Shown piece by piece: positions 36,300 through 50,620 of a DNA stretch of 64,000 bases. The number at the start of each line of letters is the position of its first letter. Position 1 is the first letter of the stretch. The position numbers and the translations under genes were made by a program. Location of the stretch: positions 124,062,001-124,126,000 of the forward strand of contig OX597815.1 of the NCBI GenBank assembly GCA_951406725.2, read 5' to 3'. Origin of the DNA: Octopus vulgaris (taxonomy: Eukaryota). The notes under the pieces were generated by a model, which saw nothing but the letters and a program-made list of their open reading frames with translations, was not told where the DNA came from and did no database searches.

Positions 36300-37290
36300 G
36301 TACCCTGCAGTTCATCAAAAGTAATTTGTCCATATGCTTGCGTTTGCGGAAAATTTCAGATCTGGAACTAAGTCGTGTGGTGGAGTTTTTGGTTCTAAAA
36401 AGAATGTGCGATCTTTCAGCATAAGTTGCATTTCTTAGATCTATTTACGTATGGCATCGATTTCTCCACGATTCTTCACTTCTATATGTGGTGTGGTTTG
36501 TCTTCGAGCGTCATACGTAGCTAACCAGCTTAGTGGCCTTACTTTGGTCGGTGTGCCAGAAAGAAAACTGATGGTGTATAACAACGTCTTTATAATTGCC
36601 TTTGCATAATCCGATGTAATTTTTCTCTTCAGTTACATTACCTTGAAGTGTTGATTTGACTTCTGCCTCATACGTGCCTGGTCAAGCGGGAAAACTCCAG
36701 AGTCTCGACAGTTACAACTGGGAGTGGAGCTCTTGGTGAGGTTTATGAATGCTATCGTTCTTCATATGTATGAATGCTATCGTTCTTCGATGTATGATAG
36801 TTTTATCGAGCGTCTATTAAAAATCTTGTATTTATAGTCTACTGGGAAATGCTTACCTCAAAGAGCCAGGAATTTCATGCCTACGTTAGTTTTAATATTT
36901 AAGAAGGGATGAGAGGTCAAGCATATTATTTTCTCTGGCTTATTTTTAGGTTTCATATTTTTAATTGAAGGCTGTAATATATCTTATCTTTGAAGCCACC
37001 GGTAGCTAGGGCATTGTTGTAGTAAGGGGTTGCCTTATCAAATATTTATTTTGAAGAGGAGAGATCAGGTATCTTATTACTGATGTTAGTGTTCAGGTCT
37101 TTAGACGCTATAGATAGAGGTGACAGGACAGGTTAGTGTGAAATGCTGGAATAAAGTTCTCCAAGGGGAAAGTGTTTCTTCCGAGGACATATAATCTGCT
37201 ATCATGTAACTGATTATCTCTTTTAACTTGACGAAATCCAGGAATGTGTACCAAATTTAAGGATTCGTGTTAATCTGAAAAGGTTTTCAT
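36300..37290 (-). pseudogene. Penelope-like retroelement RT thumb plus GIY-YIG endonuclease, degraded
   Basis: Minus-strand ISNKIPDLSSS.*IFDKATPYYNNAL..GGF, IKTNVGMKFL.L..KHFP....KIFNR.SIKLSY, TYEAEV...NYIGLC, KKCNLC, SRSEIFRKRKHM. Confidence 0.8.
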
Positions 37291-38256
37291 AAAGAACTAA
37301 CTAAAATTATTTCAAGTGAATTTCAATCAACTTAATTTCATCTAGCTGCTTATATTCTATTGCTGCCTCGGAAAACAACCTTCCAAGAATATAGAATGTA
37401 TAAATTTTAAATGTACTTAAAAGGGTACATTTATTGGCTGTCTGTCACATTAAAAAGGAAAAAGAAAACCATAGTTATCTCTCGTGACGATATATAACTC
37501 GGAGCTATTTGATGGAAGGTTTAAGAGAAAATATATATACTGAACATGAAGGCACGTGGTCCAGTGGTTTGGTTCAGATTAGCTCACATCTGAAGCTTTG
37601 ATTAAAAGCATTCCAGCCATAACCACCTCGTCTTTGTTAGATATCGTGAACTACATTACCCAATGCATTCTTCCAAGATGTAAATTGAAAGAAATTTGGT
37701 TGTTTTTTCTTGCAGGTAGCGTGACCTTTCGAACCTCCGTCACTGATTCGCGTTTCAAACCACTGTAATGTGTTAAAATGACAAAATTAGCGAATAATAG
37801 ATACCTAAATGTTATCTTACATAGACAATTATCTTACATAGACAATTTGGAGTACGCCTCCAAAATCTGGCAGTAAATAAAAGACTGTTTTTATCCGTTG
37901 GTATCTTTAACGAAATAAAATCCTGGTGAATGGGAGTTAGTGTACGTTGTGACAAGGAATATGGTATGATCAAATCGACAGACCAAGTCAAAGAGTGTTA
38001 TGACAATACTACTACTACTAATAATTCTGTCTGCAATAGGGACAAGGCCTGAAGTTTTGGGAGAAGGGTATAGACGATTACATTGATCTCAGTGTGCAAC
38101 TAGTACTTATTTTATCGCGCCCGAAATTTGAACTTAGGACATGAAGAGCCGAAATAAATGTTAATAACGATTCTATCAGCTAGCCGTCTTGATTAAAAAT
38201 AATAATTATCTTTTTCTATTTTACATTAAAAAAAATTCACGCATTGTAGTCTGTGT

Positions 38257-38313
<57 letters not shown>

Positions 38314-40660
38314 GGTGTATTCTAAATACTACACTCCGTTAATAGCCTTAAAGTTTTCTAGAAATGGTACAAGTTCACACATTTTCGATGAGAGGTACAG
38401 TCAATTAAATTAATTCTAGTACTTGACTGGTACTTATTTTATTAGCATCGGCATCGTGTGAAGTCAACGTTGTGTATGGTAACTAAATACTCTAAGACAT
38501 TTAATCCTGGCAAAGCTAGAAACTATCACCGAAACTTGACTGACTGTGTCTCTTTTTAACTATCACAAAGCTAACGATATGTTTTACTGTAATTGCATCA
38601 TACATTTATATATACCAGAATATGTTTGTGACCCGGTAAGCGAGATGATGGATAAATAGTGGACGAAATTGGAAGTGCTTGTCAATGAGTAAAAGCATAT
38701 AAACCATATATCTCAGTTACTCAGGGCTCTCTTACACTTCCGTTAGATATTACCGGGAGACACTGATTTTTAGGCTTCTTGAAGTAACAAGTGGGTCCAT
38801 GAGAAGACACCCATTGAATCAGAAGTGTGAAATTGAACAATTATCTATTTATTTATTGACATCATAAATGTATACTTTCGAAAGACTGTTTCATTTGAGC
38901 TTAGTAAATATAATAAAACAAGAGCAGAATAGTGTAAATATCTTTGCAAGAGAAAATTCTATGAAAGCTGCTAACTATCGTGTATGTGACATCTAATACA
39001 TTCATACGCTTCAGTAAAGAAATAAAACTCTTGTCCCAATAAAAGTAGCGGCTGGAAGACTCAGAAACGTAGAAGAAGCGAAATTGGCTAAGGTAATGAT
39101 CAGCATGAATTGTGAAAGAATGGGATGAAATGTGTGTGTGTGTGTGTGAACTTGGAAAAGAAATTAAAAGAAAAAATCCTCTGAGGAAGTAAATCTTAAG
39201 CTTTTTCAAGATAAAACTCAACAGATTGGAGAATTTATTAGTTTAATTAAATATAAGTCATTGATACTTAAACTCAAACCTAAAAACTAAAAGGTTAAGT
39301 GTCTCGTGGAAGAAATTGTAGAAAGAAAGGAATATATTGTAAAGGATGGAAAGGATATCAATGAGATTTGTGCATGCTTTACTATAAGAGAAATCCAGAA
39401 AGATTTCCTTATTTCCTTTCTTGCACAGGTTATGTAAAACTTAATAGTCCCTAGCAGTAGTTTGGATAAAACAAATGAAAATAGTAATTGGAAAATATTC
39501 CGCTTGGTACAAGGTGAAAGCCTCTATGCAGTCATTTAGGCTGTTAGAAATTGCAACCAAACTCTTTCAAATAACGCCTTTTGGTTTTAAAAGAACATAT
39601 TTGACAACGTAAATTAACGTGAAAAGATACGAGTTTGTCAAAGTTAAAATGGACGTGATCATAGATTTCCGTGATCAGACTGAGATGGAGCTAAACGCCA
39701 GTACCAGATGGACTAAAATACCTATAACGCAGTGCAATTATGAAAAAAAAAAATGTGTTTTTAATCAAATTAGATTTACTAAAGGATGGGATTCAGTTTT
39801 AGAGAATAATTACCAAAAGCAAATATAAATAATCAACGTGGTCTAGGAAAACAGAAACATAATCGCTGAGAAGATTTAATTTTTGATAAAGAGGGGGATA
39901 AAACATGAAGAGTGCGTACATATGTAGTTAGCATAATTAAAACAAAGATAAATCAACAGAATAATTTAAAGGAAAGTGAAGCAACTTTGAGAATAGTATA
40001 CCTCTCTGACAATTATTTGTGAATAAAGTGTCTCCTGGCCAACCGATTGTTAATACTTTTATGATTGACAAAAGTTCACATATTGCTTATATATAGTCAA
40101 TTGTATCATCCATACTACTTGACTAAAATTTTGTTGACTCCTGTGTTGAAAGATTAAGTTGACTTCGGCGAGATTTAAACCCATACGTATAGGATTGTAA
40201 CTAAGCACTGTTGTCCCGTGCTCAACGACTATGCCAATCCACGACCCTTCTGATTACTTATAATAATAATTAGAGGACGGTGAATGGCAGAATTTGCGGC
40301 GCGCCAATCAAAATTCCTAGTGGTAATTTAGTTACTGCCTTTTATGTTCTGAGTTTGAATCTTGCCGACGTCATCTTCGCCTTTCAGCATTCCGGGAATA
40401 GTTAGTTCTACTATAATCTCTCCCAAAGTATTTTTTTCGGTGTTCTGTTGCTCTTTTGTTTTTCCTTGACTCAATATAGAAAATTGGGCACCAACAAGAA
40501 ATCTCCATCTGTCTCAATAGATTGTAGTTGTCCCCATTTCTAGCCACCTGTCAGTGTTTCTTTCAGTTTTCATTGCATTGCTTCATACACAGTCTCTGAG
40601 GACTACCCTCCTTACCAGGATCAGTTTCATACGTTCCTTGGTAGCTGTTTCAGTAGAAAA

Positions 40661-41430
40661 CTAGAAAAGCACTCGGAGAGCGCAGACCTCCGCCAAGCAG
40701 CTCATTTCCACCCATATACACACATGTTGAAAATCGCCCAATTTCCCAAACCAACACCGGTAAAAACATAACCTCCTTTGGCGGGGGTTAAAAAAAAAAT
40801 AACACAGCCATATGATTTTAAGAAAAAAAAAACTCTTTAAAAACAGGAATCATCTGAAGCAGTTCACAACCACCAACATCATCAGCAGCATTGTTATTGC
40901 TTCCACATACACCGCCATCAGTGTTATCATGACGGTTACCTTGACAGTTACTTTCACCACCACAACCAGCAAAACCACTGCAATACCATCACACAACTAA
41001 CACTATCATCAACACCATTATTACCACCATCACCTCAACATCGCACATTACACCGCTCCTGTCGCCATTATAACCACCGATACTATTCTCCTCTCATACT
41101 TATCTCGACCATCGTCATTATCAACACTGTCTCTAGACAGCAAAGTCACCTTAGGTTACATGAAAACGATGTGTTTTCAAGGGAGATAATCAAAGAACGT
41201 AACATTGTAATACTTCATGTAAAGTAAATATAACAAATGAAAAATCCTTCAAGAATCACATACAAAATTCCGGATCACTACCAAAATTTCATCATCTGTT
41301 CCTTGTGTTATTGCCAACTTTTCCTGCAAGTTTCATTAAATACCGTTTACAACTTTTTGAGTTATTTTGCACACAGACAGATAAGCCAACGCCAATGTAA
41401 ACATAAGCTCCTTCCTTGGCGGAGGTAATA
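40661..41430 (-). mobile_element. Non-autonomous Helentron/Helitron-type element
   Basis: Sub-terminal inverted repeat ACCTCCGCCAAG/CTTGGCGGAGGT, a 3' hairpin GCGCTCTCCGAGTGC, and a CTAG end on the minus strand. Confidence 0.65.
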
Positions 41431-42090
41431 AATAGTGCAGGGTTGCTAACACTACATCTACAACCCTCATCCTTTCACAACAGGATTTGCGACCGGCTAT
41501 GGAAGGGTTTGAGTTCTGCTAATAATTGTTTCTAATTTAGGTACAAGGCCAGCAATTTTGAGGTGATAGGCTTACTCAGTATCATCAACCCCAGTATGTG
41601 ACTGAGACTTTATTTTATCGACTTCGGAGGAATAACAGGTAACGTTTGAAAGTTTTACATTCTGAGCTTAGAATATGAAAAACTAGAACAAATACCACAC
41701 AGCATTTTGCCCGACTCTAATGATTCTACAAATCATTTGTCATAATCGTTCTGTGAATAAGAATTCAACTTTACAAAATTAAGCTTTGGAAGAAAATTTT
41801 TATCAAAATGTACAAATGAAAACAATAAATTTTATTTTCTTATATCAGACATTTATAATAAGATGGTGATCAAGTGGATGTAATTTCTTACGACAAACGT
41901 TATTTGTGTTGCTCCCCTTATTGTCACAATGACGGTGAAACGTATGTAATTGGATCTTCCAGTTTTGATAGCATTTAATAAGTTTGCAACACACAACTAA
42001 CTAATATAGCTATATCCACTATTAAAGCTTGGCTTAACCGAAGCGATAATCACTTTGATTTTGTCTTGAATTGGTGTTTTGGTTTTATTT

Positions 42091-42122
42091 TCAGGTTGAT
42101 GATTCTACTTCTTGAGGTACAC
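42091..42122 (-). CDS. EGFL7/8: Probable terminal coding exon of the EGFL7/8-like gene ((C)VPQEVESST*)
   Basis: Long polypyrimidine tract plus AG at 42123-42124. Phase 1 completes TGT (Cys) after LEERIEE. TGA is followed by AATAAA. Confidence 0.45.
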
Positions 42123-42549
42123 CTGAAAGACAATGCAAGAAGTATAAGAAAAAGGTAAGACAAAAGAAGGAAAAAAAACGGGATTTTAAAGCACATGAAG
42201 TTACATTTTTTAACCCAATATTTACATGCTATTGTTTATAGCTTTATGTGCTTTCAGATTCACTGTTAAAAAAAAATGACTTCACGTTCTCTCAAAAGTT
42301 AACTTTTTATGACGTCAACAAAACACGCACGTAAGGCACACACACGCACACACACGCACACACACACACGCGCGCGCGCATCATATAGTTTTGTTACAAC
42401 AAACAGGAGAGTTAGAACTCAGTACATTAGAAAATAAAATTTTCATTTTTAATCGGTAGAAAGTTACAAACGTGACACAAGGGCCGAAAATTTCATGCAT
42501 TATACTTATCAGACCGACTCATGTATGTGATGTGATATGTGTATGTATG

Positions 42550-44313
42550 ATTATTCTTGGAGTTTAATTCAAGTTTTTCTTGAGAAAGTTTAAGCCGGTT
42601 GCTAACAAAGCAACAAGACCTTTTGAGTTAAGAGAGCTCCCGGTGTTTGTGAATATGTGGTTCAGTTGGTGTGTTGATTGAACTGTCGATGCTTACACCC
42701 AAATATGTGCAACTATTCACATATGAGTCTCACATGAAGAATTGCTGGAATGTCTTACAATTCTTCACTGTGCCGCTCATAGATTAGATGTGGAGAATCC
42801 GCATCAGTTTCTTTTGCTCTTTTCCTGTGAAACAAGTATTTCTAGGTTTTTGTGCAAATTTGTTGGTACGTAACCAAATACACCTATGATGACAGATAAA
42901 AAGCTTTCTTTTTTCCTGGACTTTTGATTGTACATTCACGTCTGTTGGGCAGCTGACCTCTACAACAGTGCATGACTTTTGTTCACCGTCTCATAGAACA
43001 ATATCAGGTCTGTCATGCTTGCACCGAATTGATGTTTTTATTGGGGTGTTCCAGTAGGATACCTTGTTTTTAAAGGTGTGAATACCTGCTGGTTCTGACA
43101 TGCCTTTAATGTATTCGTCAGGGTAGTCCTTCCTAGTCTTTGCAACTATATTATGCCTCAGGAACAGGTAGTATCTGGTAGACATTTTGGAGCAGCTGCT
43201 GATGATGTGGGTGATATCTTCCATACTGGTATAGCAGAGCCAACATTTTTTATCACAACGTTTGGTGGTATATTTGTCCCTTTTGTTTATCAGCTAATAG
43301 CTATCTCCTGTTCCTGGATAGCAAAGGCATATCCTTCAAGGTGGGATGTAATGCATCTATCGCAGGTCCAGGAGAAGATACACTTCTTGTCGATGCTATT
43401 GTTGCTCTCTAGCCAACGGGATATGTACACATGCATTTGATTTCTGTTGGTATGATATCTGCATCTCTTCCAAGCTTCTGTTTAGGTAGGTCAGCCCAGC
43501 CTCCTTTGGGTCGCATGAGTCAGTTGTATTTTCAGACTAATGGCACATTAGTTCTTTTCCAACTCTGAAGATGTTATTCTCACATTTGAGTATGAATGGA
43601 ATGTACACATTTCTTTTCTTTAGTGTTCAGCAGGTGTTTTCTGAGTGATAATGCAACATTCAAAGGCTGTTTGGACTGACTTTATATTCCTACCACCATC
43701 ACTTTGTTTCATATTAATCCTATCAATGTCAATATTAATGTGGAAGTTGACAGTGGTGGTCAGTACCTTTCCGGTTTTGATGTCCAGGTTGCGTATCTTA
43801 TCGGATGTCCAGGCCAATATTCCAAATGTTGTTACTAGCACTGGTACTGTAAAAGCATTGTGAGATATGGTCTCGTTAAATGCAGAAAGCTTCGAGTTCC
43901 ATATTTTCAAGAGTCTATAGAAATACTCTTTTGTAATTCAGAATCTAGTCACAACGCCAATGTATGCAACATTCTCATCGATTCCGAGGTATTTGTAGCT
44001 TTCATCATTAGAGATCGGGGAGATAAACAAGGACATGTTGAAGGACATGTTCTCCGCCTGCTCGACAATCTTTCCTAGATTGATTATCATGTATGAGCAT
44101 TTATCTTGCCCAAACTCCATTCCTATACCTCATGAGAATGTTGTGACTAATTCTAATTGTCTCTTTATGTTGGTCATATTATCAGAATATGATTTTAGGT
44201 CATCAAAAAATGTACGGGTAACGTTAACTTTATTCTTTTCTGCATATCCCATCATGTAGCCTTGGCATTTTGTTAACAGGGCTGACAAAGGATTCACAGC
44301 TAGTGAATCCTTT
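42550..44313 (-). mobile_element. 5'-truncated R4/Dong-clade RLE LINE, degraded
   Basis: Minus-strand LAVNPLS.LL, MEFGQDKC, YKYLG, SHNAF.VPVL..TFGIL.W, AIQEQEI, EDITHIISSC.KMS.RYYL.LRH, HDRPDI, VVEVSCP. (TATG)n at both ends. Confidence 0.88.
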
Positions 44314-46116
44314 GTATGTATGTATGTATGTATGTATGTATGTATGTATGTATGTATGTATGTATGTATGTATGTATGTATGTATGTATGAATGCATGCA
44401 TTGTAGTATTTGTTTCAGCTTTTAACAAGTTGCAAAGTTTTAAATTCTTAGATTCTCAGCTAAGAATTTTAAACTTTGCAACTTCACCTTTCATCTTACT
44501 GAAGTCGATAAAATAGGTGCCAATCAAGAAATAGGGCAGATGGTATCGACAAACTTCTCTTCAAAATTTCTAGCCTTATGCTTCATTAGAAACAATTATT
44601 CGCAGACCTGACGGACAAAATCTCCTCACGGCATTTGGATGCGTCTTTTTACGTTCTGATTTTAAATCCTACCAAGGCTAGCTTTGCTTTCTATTCTATC
44701 CCGAGTAAATTATATAGAAAAAACCCCAGTCAACTGGACTTGTTTTAACTATATGTATATTTTGCCTACTATACTTAATTCCCTTGCAAGACAACTCAAT
44801 TTAAAGGACAAACTGTTTGAAAATACATAATTTCTATTTTGACCCTGCAATATTAATTTTTAATCGAACATGCCAGAAAGAATTTCGACTCACTCTATAT
44901 ACAAAACAAGCCCTCACATTTGAAATCAGTTTTAGAAATGTCATGCATGGAAATCTGCCCTTGAATCTCTTTTGTAAATTTTTGCCGAATAAAAATAAAA
45001 ATACATTCACATACACGCGTTTGCGCGCGTGTTCAAGAGATATTTAATTATTGATGCTGATGTATAGAACGACCTCGAAACCACACCAAAAGGACTGAGA
45101 CAAATAAAAGTAAAGAAAATACGAACCTTTTCAACACGTATCTTTCAACTCGTAAAACATAGGTTTCTGTCTTGTCAAAAGAAACTTAGTATATATAGTT
45201 TTATTTTAATTAGACACATGGTCACAAATTTGTATGGGAGGATGATTAAGATTACTTGTGGTTCGTATCTTTTCAAGGGAATTGGAGCAGTAAATGACAT
45301 GAATTATCTTTGATAGACAACTAAAATCTTGTCTGTGGACTTAGTTTGAAACTTTAAACCCGATTTTTAAAAAATCCTTATCTTTTAGTCATGAAGGAAA
45401 GTAGCACAATACACTTTACATGATTTCTGAAACTGGTGGGAAAGAGGAAAGTATCCTCAAACCTGGGTCCCATAGCTTGCAACAAAGTGGACTCAGTTAA
45501 GGGAACCGAAGGGTCATGGGTTGTTTGCCATCCAAGTAGGCCATGGTACGATTTCAACCAGGATACAAAGAGACAAAACAAATACCACAAGGCGCCAGGT
45601 CCGACATTCTTAAAGCTTCACCAACCCATTGTTCTTTTTTGTTGATCCTGAAAGGATGCTAGGCAAAGTTGGTCTCGATGAGATCTAAATTCAGTGTGTA
45701 GAGAGTTAGAATAAACATCGCGAGACATGTTTAATGTAGAATACTTTTGTTGGCACAAGGTATGGGTAATAAGTAACCAATTTCTGACACTAGCATAATT
45801 GCTGAGATCTACTGAGAAGGATAAACGAAATGTAAAATCAACGTTTTATTTCATTCTTCTTTGGAGGTCGATGAGGTAACTGTCAGTAATCTGAAACTTG
45901 AGCTTAGAATTAACCAGGTCAAATATAGATACTGCAAAGTATTTACTCAAATGCCAATGTACAATTTGGCATTTGATTAAGTAATTTGCAGTGTTTATAT
46001 TTGCGAGTAATTCTGAATCATACAGCGGCGTCAAATTAAACCTGTTTAGACGAAGTTGGGTATAGTGGCTTATGTTGACCCTAATGAATGACTCGAATTT
46101 ATCTTATGAAAACTGA

Positions 46117-46330
46117 AGGGTTGGCAGAATCGTTACCGCACCGGGCAAAATCCTTAACAGCATTTCTTCTGACTTTACGTTCTGAGTTCGAATACCATCG
46201 GGGCCGACTTTGCCTTTCATTCTTTTGGGGTTGATAAAATAAGTACCAGTTGAGCACTGAAGTCGATATGATCGACTCATCACTCCCGTAATTGCTGACC
46301 TTGTGTCAAAATTTGAAACTAATATATAAG
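46117..46330 (+). mobile_element. Meta-domain SINE
   Basis: GGCAGAATCGTTA..CCGGGCAAAAT..GAGTTCGAAT..GACTTTGCCTTTCATTC..GATAAAATAAGTACCAG. Confidence 0.8.
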
Positions 46331-46577
46331 CAAGAACATAACTTAAGCACCTCTTTTTGCTCACTGCTCACAAAATTCGAAGCTCACGGAAGTATAAATG
46401 CTATTAGTAAGACATGCAGTTATAGAAGAAAAAACACTAGAGAACTCAACACAAAGCTAGAATTCTATTTCAGATGTTCTAAGTACTTTCGTGTTTTGTT
46501 TTAACTGTAAAAGTAATTACTATTTATAAGTTACAGTGATATTTCCGCAATATTCATCAATATAAAATAAAGCTTAC

Positions 46578-46797
46578 ACTCTTCTATTCTTTCTTCGAGT
46601 AAACCAATTTGTTCTCTCATAGATCGGATCATTCGCTCCACCGACTTCAACGATTTATCGGTGATTTCAACTGGTTCCCAGTCGACAGGTATTTTCTCTT
46701 TTTCCGTTTCTGCAGGTTTTTTCCTTTCTTGATGTTTTTGTTTCATACATTGATTTAAATTTTGGTAAAGTTCGGACACACTGTTATGTACTTCTGT
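46578..46797 (-). CDS. EGFL7/8: Exon of the EGFL7/8-like gene (C-terminal coiled coil)
   Basis: AG acceptor at 46798-46799 and GTAAGC donor. 220 bp, phase 0 to 1, TEVHNSV...IRSMREQIGLLEERIEE, similar to the EGFL7/8 C-terminal motif I.SLSEQI.FLEE.L..C. Confidence 0.85.
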
Positions 46798-46969
46798 CTG
46801 GGAATACATGTATAAAAAGTTATACATACAAATATTGCCACACTTTTACCTTGGGGTCCCGGAGTAACGTACACACATTGCCAAATTTAGATTTTAGGCT
46901 TCCGGGGTACACACATATATACGATACATATAAAAGTTACCCGTTACACACATACATACACACACATAC

Positions 46970-47000
<31 letters not shown>

Positions 47001-47800
47001 CATACATACATACATACATACATACATACATCCATACATACATACATACATACATACATACATACATAGCCAGTTGTAGACCTTGAAGTCTGGGGTTCTT
47101 TGGTTTTAGTAGGCTCTTCATACATAAGTAAGACTCTTGACAAATCACTAAGTTTACACATCAAAGTCCATTTATTGTATGTAATAGGAAATGAAAGGTT
47201 ATATGTACACATATAAAGGGTAAATGAAAAAAAAAAATGCAAGTTCATTAGGGCCGATCTAAGATTATCCGATTATAATAGGAATTATCAAGAAAGAATT
47301 CACATTTGGATAACTCTGTTATAAATAGATGAACTCAGTAACAGATACTAACGAAATAATCGTTAATTTTATTCTGTTGTCAATCCTTGCCTGCAAAAAT
47401 GAACTGTACCTAGACTTAGTACCAATTTTTAATGTGCGTTGAAGCAGTGAAAAATTAAGTGCTTCTGGTATGAGCACAAAACAATTGAAACGGAGAGATA
47501 CGAACTCGTCAAACTTTTATGATGTATAAACATGGCCATGTTCTACTCATGTAAGATACTGGGAGCACAAGGTTTTCATAATTACACTTTGTGGGAGGAG
47601 AAGGGAAAGGGTTGTGTGGAAGGGAGGCAGGGGTATGAGGAGGGAAGGGGATTTTGTGTATTTTTGTGTATTCGTCTGTGTGTGTGCACACGTTTGAGTG
47701 TGCGTGTGTCAATTAAGAATGGGCTGGTGGAGCTAATGGAGTTGCTAATGGCTGACAATGAAGAGAGAGGGAGAGAGAAAGAAAGAGAGAGGAGAGAGAA

Positions 47801-47845
<45 letters not shown>

Positions 47846-47864
47846 CTGACCCTTAGACACTGAC

Positions 47865-47953
47865 CTTTTCCTTTTCTAGTACTACAACACGTCCACTCAG
47901 CTGTTTGTAATCGTCTTGCATCTGTTTGTATTCGCGCGAACACATAAGACATA
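47865..47953 (-). CDS. EGFL7/8: Exon of the EGFL7/8-like gene
   Basis: TTTCAG acceptor and GTCAGT donor. 89 bp, phase 1 to 0, CLMCSREYKQMQDDYKQLSGRVVVLEKEK, in frame with the next exon. Resembles the EGFL7 L.SRV..LE.K segment. Confidence 0.85.
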
Positions 47954-48313
47954 CTGAAACAAAACAAGATAAAAAGGTATTGAATGAAGCTGTGTAACAA
48001 GCGTCTTGTTGGTACGTTTTTAAATAGTTAACACATGCGTATAATGTAATACTTCCTGTTTGTAAACCACCCTCCCATGTGATTGTGGAGTTCTTTTCAT
48101 TTTTCCTCTCCCACCTTCTTTTTCTTTCTCCCTTGAACTCCATATTTTAGTTCTTTATTATCACTTTTGAGGATCTAGAGTAGAATTTCTTGAATAGAAC
48201 TGACCATTAAAAGCTTTATTTTAGTTTTTGACTTTGTAGAAATATTTAGGCATTTAACTTAATCTTTCATTATGGAATTGGTAACATACGTACTCTTTAT
48301 ATGCACTTACACG

Positions 48314-48415
<102 letters not shown>

Positions 48416-50299
48416 AGTGTGTACATAAGTATTTATGCAAAATCGTTGGAGTCAATACTATATAGGAAATAAACAAAACTGCATATTTTATCCTACGAAG
48501 TTGGTAACATCCATGTTTGAACAGAAGAAAGTGTCGTCGTTTGAAACCTCGACCGTTGTGATCCGTAGTGAAAGACATAGTCTAAGTCTTCACCAATATC
48601 CATTAAGTCTATTGATATTAATTCCATGAAATTGCAATCACCATCAGCCTACTATCCCTAAGTGACCATCTTTATTTAAATCTTCATGTATTATGTCTAG
48701 GATAAACTTGTTTGTTACACTCATCTGTATTCGAGATGTGCTCATTGGAGGATTTTAGGTTCTGAATTGCGAGCTAATGAAATTCTGTTCAGTTATGCTT
48801 CTAATTCTTAGAGCAGCAAACTCAACAATATCATGCAAGTAAGGGGGCGACCATATACATAGTCGTTAGAAGTAATGATAGAATCTCCCTCCACTGAAAT
48901 ATTGCTGTCTGAAACAAGGACAGGCATAGTTGATGATGTCGTGCTAGATATATTATGTCCGAAAGAAAAATAGGCGGAATGGTTACGATTGGAATGTCTC
49001 TAATCACTGGTCAGTTGGAACAGGTTGGTTGCTGGCTCAGCAGCGTATACAAGAATCGCCATCGCCGCCACCACCATCTATTCAACAGGCTAATTAATAA
49101 TATAAACATCAATAAGATAGCAAAAATAAACCTGCACGTATTACGCAAATTGCGAAGATACAAGTTTAGATTCAGTCACGAAAACAACAACTTGGCCGAA
49201 ATCAACAGTAAATGGTTAACATGCAATAAAAAGTAAAATTTATAAATGTGTTTTGAAACGGAAGAGAAATATCGAATGTGGTTGAAGAAATGCATTTATA
49301 CCAATTTATCGTACACTATTTCTTGAGTGTCGAGTTATTGCTTTTTTGAATGAGAATCACATGTGGTGCAAATGCATAAAGACACATATGTAATTCACAA
49401 GAATATAACATACTTTTTTTTTATATATAGAAAATTGTATATCATGGCAGTTGCAAAAAGATTACGATCTAGTGCTTTGTTTAAAGAATTCAATTAAAAA
49501 TCTAACATTTCCCTCTAATAGTTTTCTCCCAACAAATGATGTTGTTGAAGGCGTTTTAGATATAAAAGGTTACGTCAAGTCGTACCTCCCAAATATATCT
49601 CACTGCTTAAAGTTGCATAAATTGACAAAGCAAGATATAGATGTGGATACAGGATAGCAGGATCTTTTTCCATTGTATCTTCGAACGTTCAAGATTAAAC
49701 CAATGAACAAATTAGTAAGAATTAGCAATAACTTTGAACTTCAATCCAAATTAATTAATGCGTTGTAGAAAGATAAGTCTATGGTAACAATATCCAACCA
49801 AAAATTAACAATATTGATAAGCGTCTTCACTCCTTTAATTAAATGTTTAAAGAGAAAAGCCACTAGGTAGCAACTCTACTCGTATATAAAAAATACGCTC
49901 ATGGTTAATATATTTAAGAAAATAATGATATTTAAGAATATAATAGTATTATATTCTTAAAATTGTCAAAGTTTACTTCATGGCTAGAGTCTCAATTTTA
50001 TTCATAAGTTGTCTTGTCGTATGAAATTAAAATATATCTTGTCAGAACATAAGTGATGTTTTTTCTATCTGTGAAAGAAAAGGATTAGTTTTCACTTTCA
50101 AAATTAATCAGCGTTATTGCCTTTGCAAATTAAGTTTCTTCGGAGAAGTGGGTGTTGCCCACCACACGCATACTTAAAGCGCAAGTGACCAAGACGCAAA
50201 AAAGTAAAGAAGGAAAAAAACGGACGTAAAATATGAAATCTTGTTTTGAGATTATGGCATAACAAAGATTTAAAATTCAATGAAAACAATTAGATGATT

Positions 50300-50620
50300 C
50301 TACAAGTATGCATTAGCTTTACTTCCAAACTGAGGGCCCTGGATCAGAATGAAGATCACAAAGTATTTTTCAAATTGGTTATTTATATCTTGCGAGGTTT
50401 CATACATAGGTTACACAGAATGAAAAATTAGCACAGGACTTCAGCAACCTTTTCCACTGAATTTCGGAATATTCATGAACGAACTATGAACAACTTGCTC
50501 AGAACTAACCGTAATTTAGAAAGTTGGCATAATTTAAGTACTTGTCAACGCCTCTCTGCCTGGAATTAATTGATGTATCGAAGAAAGAGGACTCTATGAC
50601 CACAAAGAAGGTGCTAAGGC
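50300..50620 (+). pseudogene. MULE (Mutator-like) transposase fragment
   Basis: Translation ALALLP...FSTEFRNIHERTMNNLLRTNRNLESWHN matches the MULE RTNN..E.WHN motif. Confidence 0.6.

Noticed and set aside
45047-45096. Alternative last exon for the EGFL7/8-like gene (FLLVWFRGRSIHQHQ*)
   Set aside because: The acceptor is plausible, but it would remove the conserved Cys after LEERIEE. The 42122 acceptor fits better. Unresolved without transcripts.
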